Part shown: one piece after another, positions 25,307 through 26,077 of the stretch
How positions within the stretch are numbered: position 1 is the stretch's first letter
Layout of the letters: each line of letters begins with the position of its first letter
Assembly: GCA_964553485.1 (NCBI GenBank)
Contig: CAZKMC010000006.1
Span: 1-26,077 of the forward strand
Length of the DNA: 26,077 nucleotides
Reading direction: 5' to 3'
Source: an uncultured Comamonadaceae bacterium
Lineage (GTDB): Bacteria; Bacteroidota; Bacteroidia; Flavobacteriales_D; Sanyastnellaceae
Made by a program: the position numbers and the translations under genes
The notes under the pieces: model-generated
The model's database searches: none
Told to the model about the DNA's origin: nothing
The model's input: the letters and a program-made list of their open reading frames with translations, nothing else

Positions 25307-26077
25307 ATGAAAAAGTCAGTTAGTATTTGCAGCCTGTTGGTTTCATCCGTCATCTTTTTTGGATGCGGAAGCGAGCCAAGCAACCGAGTTCCCATTCAAG
25401 AAAAAGACTTCTGTGCTGACATTCATTTGTCGGATTCGATGCGGGTAGAAGATGAATTGGCGGACATGCATGATTTGATGCAGGAAAAAACGGGAGTAGT
25501 GGTGTTAGAGGACGGTGGGAATTCCCTCATTACCCGAGCATGGCTCTGTGAGAATGCTTCAAAAACGATTGATATTCAGTATTTTATATTCTCTGTGGAC
25601 AATGTCGGACTGATTGCGTGCGATTATCTTGTGAGGGCGGCAAACCGAGGAGTGAAAGTGAGAATCCTGGTGGATGACATCATGGTGGATGCTGATTTGG
25701 AAGACATCCTCACCATGGATTCACATAAGAATATTGAGGTCAAAGTTTACAATCCTGCAATCAACTTGGGCAAGAATCTTTGGGACAAAGTCCGCGAAGT
25801 TTCCACAGATTTCAGATCTGTCAATCAACGTATGCACAACAAAACATTCATTGTGGATGGTGAAGTGCTGATTACAGGCGGACGAAACGTAGCGGATGAA
25901 TACTACGACTATGACCATGAGTACAATTTCAGAGATCGGGATGTGCTGTTGTTGGGCAAGGCCTGTGCGCAAGCAACTTCTTCTTTTGAGGAGTTCTGGG
26001 AGAGTAGACTTAGTCAGGAAGTGATTCGTCTGGCCACTGAAGAACCAAAGAATGTACAGGATGCAGATCGATTCGAA
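25307..26077 (+). CDS. Phospholipase D-family lipoprotein (ClsC/YmdC-like), 5' part; runs off the window
   Basis: Not in the ORF track (no stop in the window). Manual translation: MKKSVSICSLLVSSVIFFGC (lipobox-like) ...TIDIQYFIFSVDNVG...AANRGVKVRILVDD...RMHNKTFIVDG...TGGRNVADEYY (first HKD motif). Confidence 0.9.
   Translation, partial: MKKSVSICSLLVSSVIFFGCGSEPSNRVPIQEKDFCADIHLSDSMRVEDELADMHDLMQEKTGVVVLEDGGNSLITRAWLCENASKTIDIQYFIFSVDNVGLIACDYLVRAANRGVKVRILVDDIMVDADLEDILTMDSHKNIEVKVYNPAINLGKNLWDKVREVSTDFRSVNQRMHNKTFIVDGEVLITGGRNVADEYYDYDHEYNFRDRDVLLLGKACAQATSSFEEFWESRLSQEVIRLATEEPKNVQDADRFE

Overview
Bacteroidota chromosome segment, probably Flavobacteriales-like (inferred from three T9SS C-terminal sorting domains and TAnnTTTG -7 promoters). 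Left to right: an uncharacterised T9SS cargo protein bracketed by clusters of a 26-bp REP-like palindrome; a tripartite RND efflux operon (adaptor, AcrB-type pump, TolC); scattered glycan genes (GT4-like glycosyltransferase, SAM methyltransferase, Wzx flippase, gmd) interleaved with a large LamG/PKD T9SS adhesin-like protein; a decayed IS1595-family element in AT-rich DNA; a quinone-oxidoreductase-type MDR gene; an MsbA-like ABC exporter; a 1490-aa T9SS-secreted LTD-CotH-beta-helix protein; and the 5' part of a phospholipase D-family lipoprotein. No rRNA, tRNA or true CRISPR array was seen. The most interesting signals are (i) the behaviour of the REP-like family: 8 copies in 3 tandem clusters, linkers that look like copies of the adjacent gene's last codons plus stop, and one copy translated in frame inside a T9SS sorting signal; and (ii) a secreted CotH domain that appears to lack the catalytic-loop Asp. 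All calls come from reading the sequence; no database searches were run.
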